DNA of 64,000 nucleotides from Coriobacteriaceae bacterium (GTDB lineage Bacteria; Bacillota_I; Bacilli_A; RFN20; CAG-826): NCBI GenBank assembly GCA_963612925.1, contig CAVDXG010000001.1, positions 3,824 to 67,823 of the forward strand, read 5' to 3'. Shown piece by piece: positions 60,461 to 64,000 of this stretch (position 1 is its first letter; each line of letters starts with the position of its first letter). The notes under the pieces were generated by a model. It saw only the letters and a program-made list of their open reading frames with translations, ran no database searches and was not told where the DNA came from. The position numbers and the translations under genes were made by a program.

Positions 60461-61015
60461 ATGAATGTTACTGAATTAAGACCAGGAAACTATTTCATTG
60501 ATGAAGGCAATCTTTATCAAGTAATGGATATCTTATTAAATAAGACCGCGATGAGAAAAATGGTTGCTAAGGTTAAGGCCAAAAACATGCGCACAGGTGC
60601 GATTACTGAACTTGCTCGCAATAGCGGTTACGATGTTGAAAAAGCTGTTTTAACAAAGAAAAAAATGGCCTTTTTATACGATGCCGGCGACAATTTAGTC
60701 TTTATGGACAATACTACTTTTGATCAAATTGAAATAGCGAAGAAAAGACTAGAATGGGAAGTTAACTTCTTAGTGCCAAATTCTGAAATTGATATTTTAT
60801 TCTATGATGATGAAATTTTAGGTATTACTTTGCCTTCGAGCGTTGCTTTAAAAATAGTAGACTGTGAACCAGGCGTTCGCGGCGATACAGTTAATAAAGC
60901 GATGAAGTTAGCAACTGTTGAAACTGGCTATCAATTAAAAGTTCCATTATTTATTAATAATGGCGAAACAATTCTTGTGCGTACAGACACTGGCGCATAT
61001 GACGGAAGAGCTTAG
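60461..61015 (+). CDS. efp: Elongation factor P (atypical beta3-beta4 loop)
   Basis: EF-P fold signatures (...NMRTGAITE...). The RBS is AGGAGG. The canonical KPGKG loop appears to be replaced by NKTAMRK. Confidence 0.8.
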   Translation: MNVTELRPGNYFIDEGNLYQVMDILLNKTAMRKMVAKVKAKNMRTGAITELARNSGYDVEKAVLTKKKMAFLYDAGDNLVFMDNTTFDQIEIAKKRLEWEVNFLVPNSEIDILFYDDEILGITLPSSVALKIVDCEPGVRGDTVNKAMKLATVETGYQLKVPLFINNGETILVRTDTGAYDGRA

Positions 61016-61027
61016 GAGGTAATAACT

Positions 61028-61252
61028 ATGGTTGAATTACCTGTTGGAGGCTTGGTCGGAATTATTATCGGCTGTTTAATTGGTGGCTTAGTTATTGGAT
61101 TCTTTCTATCACGATGGTTCTTTAAACAACAATTAAAGAAAAATCCACCAATCAACGAAAATATGATTAGAGCAATGTTCATGCAAATGGGTCAAAAGCC
61201 AAGCGAAGCTAAAATCCGTGCTGTTATGAACGCGATGAAAAGAAATCAATAA
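61028..61252 (+). CDS. UPF0154/YneF family small membrane protein
   Basis: Single N-terminal TM helix plus a basic helical tail. The RBS is AGGAGG. Confidence 0.7.
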   Translation: MVELPVGGLVGIIIGCLIGGLVIGFFLSRWFFKQQLKKNPPINENMIRAMFMQMGQKPSEAKIRAVMNAMKRNQ

Positions 61253-61619
61253 GCATTAAAATCTTAAAATAGTAGCGCCGCGAAATACGGTGCTTTATTT
61301 TTGTCAATCAAAAAGAAATTCAACGATCTGAAAACTGTTTTTTGATTGAGATAAAGCTCTGGCTATTGTTGCCTTATTTAAGCATTTTATTTAGCAAGTC
61401 AATATAGGAAACTCTTGTATAGAATAAGTGGTGGATGTGCCTTTTATTTGATTGGTATAATTTTTGACCATCAAAAAGGCTGAAAATGATGCGTTGTTAA
61501 AATTTTGTCAATTAAAAACTTGAATTTAATCGCATAATTTTCATTGATTAATTTTACTGTGGAAAATAATTCACAATACATAAATCGACTAAAAATCTAC
61601 TAATCGATTACTATAAAAT

Positions 61620-62351
61620 TTATTTCATCCAAGATATTTTTCTTTCTTGGTGATTTACTAATCTAGAAATATTTGCTTTGTGACGGACGATTAAGATAAA
61701 AGCTATCAAGGTTGTCACACTTGCGAATTCCCAACCGCAAACTAAGAATTCCCCGTTACCCCACATAAAAATGTCAATCGCAAAGGATGGAATACATATT
61801 TTTAAGATGAATAATAGCCATGAAATTAAAGAAGTTATCAAGGCTGTGAATATTGAAGAAAGTGAAACATACTTTTTAAGTTTCAAAACTCCGAAGAATG
61901 TTAAGATTCCAACAATTATTTCTAACCAGCAAGTTGCTAAGACAAATCCGCAGTAAGTTGCGACAGCTTTGCCACCTTTAAATCCAGCGAATATCGGCCA
62001 ACAATGTCCAATTGCTGCACCCAATGGAGCTAAATAGATGTAAAGAATATGGAAATTTGTCCAAGCATCAGAAGCTAAAAGATCCTTTAAAGGTGAAAAT
62101 GTAATAATTGACCAGGCAACCAGCAAAGGTATTACGCATTTAATCATGTCGATTATTATGACGATAACGCCAGCCTTTTTTCCAAAGACTCTTCCAATAT
62201 TTGTTCCACCTGAATTTCTAGAACCTTCCAGACGCGGATCGCGGTGAAAGAAGAGTTTACCAACAATTACTCCGGTTGGAATACTTCCAAATAAATATCC
62301 GACAAATAACGAGCAAAAACCAACGACTATATTATATAAAATAATATCCAT
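61620..62351 (-). CDS. plsY: Glycerol-3-phosphate acyltransferase PlsY (acyl-phosphate dependent) with a C-terminal extension
   Basis: ...SGGTNIGRVFGKKAGVIV... PlsY motifs. The RBS is GGAGAA. Adjacent to parE, as in B. subtilis yneS-parE. Confidence 0.85.
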   Translation of the reverse strand: MDIILYNIVVGFCSLFVGYLFGSIPTGVIVGKLFFHRDPRLEGSRNSGGTNIGRVFGKKAGVIVIIIDMIKCVIPLLVAWSIITFSPLKDLLASDAWTNFHILYIYLAPLGAAIGHCWPIFAGFKGGKAVATYCGFVLATCWLEIIVGILTFFGVLKLKKYVSLSSIFTALITSLISWLLFILKICIPSFAIDIFMWGNGEFLVCGWEFASVTTLIAFILIVRHKANISRLVNHQERKISWMK

Positions 62352-62413
62352 TTTTTCTCCGATTAACTTTCATCATAATACTAAAAAAGTAGATTACTTT
62401 TCAACCTTATTTT

Positions 62414-62422
62414 TGCTATAAT
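62414..62422 (+). promoter_or_regulatory. Extended -10 promoter element of parE
   Basis: TGCTATAAT, 26 nt upstream of the ATG at 62449. Confidence 0.4.
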
Positions 62423-62448
62423 CAATTTTTGAAAATTGAATATAAAAA

Positions 62449-64000
62449 ATGAGCAACGAAAGTATTGAAAAATCATATTCTGCCTCTGATATTGAGATTT
62501 TAGATGGTCTTGCAGGTGTCAGAAAACGACCTGGAATGTATATTGGGCCGACTAACTCTACTGGTCTGCATCATTTAGTTTGGGAAATTGTTGATAATGC
62601 AATCGATGAAGCCTTGAATGGTTTTGGGAAAGTGATTTGTATCACTTTGCATCGCGATGGATCGGTTTCTGTGCTAGATGAAGGAAGAGGAATTCCGGTT
62701 GATATTCACAAAGGAACTGGCATGCCAGCTGTTCAATTAATTTTCTCTACTTTGCATAGCGGTGGTAAGTTCTCATCGAAGGTTTATTCGTCTTCTGGAG
62801 GTCTTCACGGCGTCGGCTCAACTGCGACAAACGCCTTAAGCGAATACTGCGATGTCACTGTTTTCCGCGATGGAAAAATCTATAATCTTCGCTTTGAAAA
62901 TGGCGGAAAACTTGTTAAACCATTAACAGTTGTTGGAACAACAAAAAAGCATGGAACACTCGTCAGATTTAAACCGGACGCTAAGATTTTTTCGACTACA
63001 AATTTCCAATTCGATGTCATCGTGAGCCACGTGCAAGAAAGCGCCTTTTTACTTAAAGGCGTCAAGTTTGATGTCTTAGAAGAAAAAACCGGTAAGCGAG
63101 CTGAACTTTGTTATGAACAAGGCCTTAAAGAATATGTTGAATATTTAAACAAAGAAAAAACACCTTTAGGTGAAGTCATCTCTTTTAACGGTGAAGAAGA
63201 TCAAATCAAAATTGAAATGGCTTTCCAATATTGTGATAAAGATTATGGCGAATACATCTATTCTTATGCGAACAACGTTAGAACTAGGGACGGCGGAACT
63301 CATGAAGTTGGTTTCAAAACCGGCATCACCAAAGCGGTTAATGACTACGCAATTGAAAATCAACTGGTAAAAGGCAAAGTTAAACTTGAAGGCAATGATA
63401 TTCGCGAAGGTTTGACCGCGGTAATTTCTTTAAAAATGCCCGAACAAAAGACGCTTTTCGAGAGCCAGACTAAGCAAAAACTATATACGCCAGAAGCTTT
63501 AACAATCGTTAACAATTTTGTTTATAACAATTTCACTTATTACTTAAATGAACACAAAGAATTTGCAGTTAACCTCATTAAGAAATGCGTTCAAGCTTTA
63601 AATGCTCGCTTAGCTGCTAGAAAAGCAAAAGATGAAATCCATAACAGCAAAAAACTTAAAAGCGATGTGATTTTATCGAATAAATTAACTCCTGCTCAGT
63701 CTAAAGATTACGATAAAAATGAACTCTTTATCGTTGAAGGTCAATCCGCCGGAGGAACCGCAAGAAATGGACGAGATAGGCTTCATCAAGCAATCTTGCC
63801 TCTAAGAGGCAAACCTCTTAATACTGATTCTGTTTCAGTTGAACGCATGTTAAAAAATGAAGAATTTGCTACTTTGGTAAATACCATCGGTGCAGGCTTT
63901 GCCGATAACTTTAATGTTGATAATTCCCATTATGGCAAAGTTATTATCATGACCGATGCTGATACCGATGGAGCACACATCCAAACTCTCTTGATTACTT
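62449..64000 (+). CDS. parE: DNA topoisomerase IV subunit B (N-terminal part; continues beyond the window)
   Basis: GHKL ATPase (...GLHHLVWEIVDNAIDEALNG...). The RFENGGK motif matches ParE rather than GyrB as I recall them. A TOPRIM domain begins near the end (EGQSAGG). Synteny with plsY supports the call. Confidence 0.75.
   Translation, partial: MSNESIEKSYSASDIEILDGLAGVRKRPGMYIGPTNSTGLHHLVWEIVDNAIDEALNGFGKVICITLHRDGSVSVLDEGRGIPVDIHKGTGMPAVQLIFSTLHSGGKFSSKVYSSSGGLHGVGSTATNALSEYCDVTVFRDGKIYNLRFENGGKLVKPLTVVGTTKKHGTLVRFKPDAKIFSTTNFQFDVIVSHVQESAFLLKGVKFDVLEEKTGKRAELCYEQGLKEYVEYLNKEKTPLGEVISFNGEEDQIKIEMAFQYCDKDYGEYIYSYANNVRTRDGGTHEVGFKTGITKAVNDYAIENQLVKGKVKLEGNDIREGLTAVISLKMPEQKTLFESQTKQKLYTPEALTIVNNFVYNNFTYYLNEHKEFAVNLIKKCVQALNARLAARKAKDEIHNSKKLKSDVILSNKLTPAQSKDYDKNELFIVEGQSAGGTARNGRDRLHQAILPLRGKPLNTDSVSVERMLKNEEFATLVNTIGAGFADNFNVDNSHYGKVIIMTDADTDGAHIQTLLIT

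Overview
A 64 kb low-GC (~32% GC) chromosomal segment with Firmicutes-like gene order (B. subtilis yqe/yqf/yne-type synteny). TGA is used as a stop codon (for example lon ends in TGATG; several genes overlap at ATGA), so the host is not a code-4 Mycoplasma or Spiroplasma. Several features point to a reduced, possibly wall-less Firmicute or Acholeplasma-like mollicute: ClpB lacks the N-domain, CIRCE/HrcA control both clpB and the dnaK operon, and dgkA is absent so that ybeY and cdd are fused in frame. I support 64 CDSs, including three small ribosomal protein genes missed by the ORF track (rpsU, rpmG, and rpmF re-started). Housekeeping blocks read: tig-lon-engB, T-box-valS, comEA-comEC-holA/rpsT, fmt, lepA, hemW, hrcA-grpE-dnaK-dnaJ, rsmE-mtaB, rpmF, deoC, rpsU, ybeY::cdd-era-recO, glyQS-dnaG-sigA-trmK-nif3, ispH, a DEAD-box helicase, nfo, ispG, rpmG, efp, yneF, plsY and parE. 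Regulatory elements I can see directly are four CIRCE operators (two upstream of clpB, two upstream of hrcA), a T-box leader upstream of valS, several sigma-A-type promoters and several rho-independent terminators. The best candidate for an undescribed system is a tightly overlapping four-gene cassette at 7347-8574: a small protein, a DUF3990-like protein with an ART-like N-terminal H-G-T motif, and two tandem DUF3791-like small proteins, wedged between yggS and clpB. Other observations worth a second look are a PII-like (DarA-type) protein translationally coupled to a cation/proton antiporter, a Sir2–DJ-1–His-rich three-gene overlapping operon, an orphan C39-peptidase/6TM protein with no ABC ATPase, a PD-(D/E)xK-nuclease::DinG/XPD Fe-S helicase fusion, an orphan adenylation–carrier didomain protein, a ybeY::cdd fusion, and a ~370-nt repeat-containing non-coding region downstream of the convergent yneF and plsY genes. 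I found no CRISPR array, tRNA or rRNA gene, or IS/transposase. All family assignments come from reading the motifs and recalling family signatures, not from database searches.
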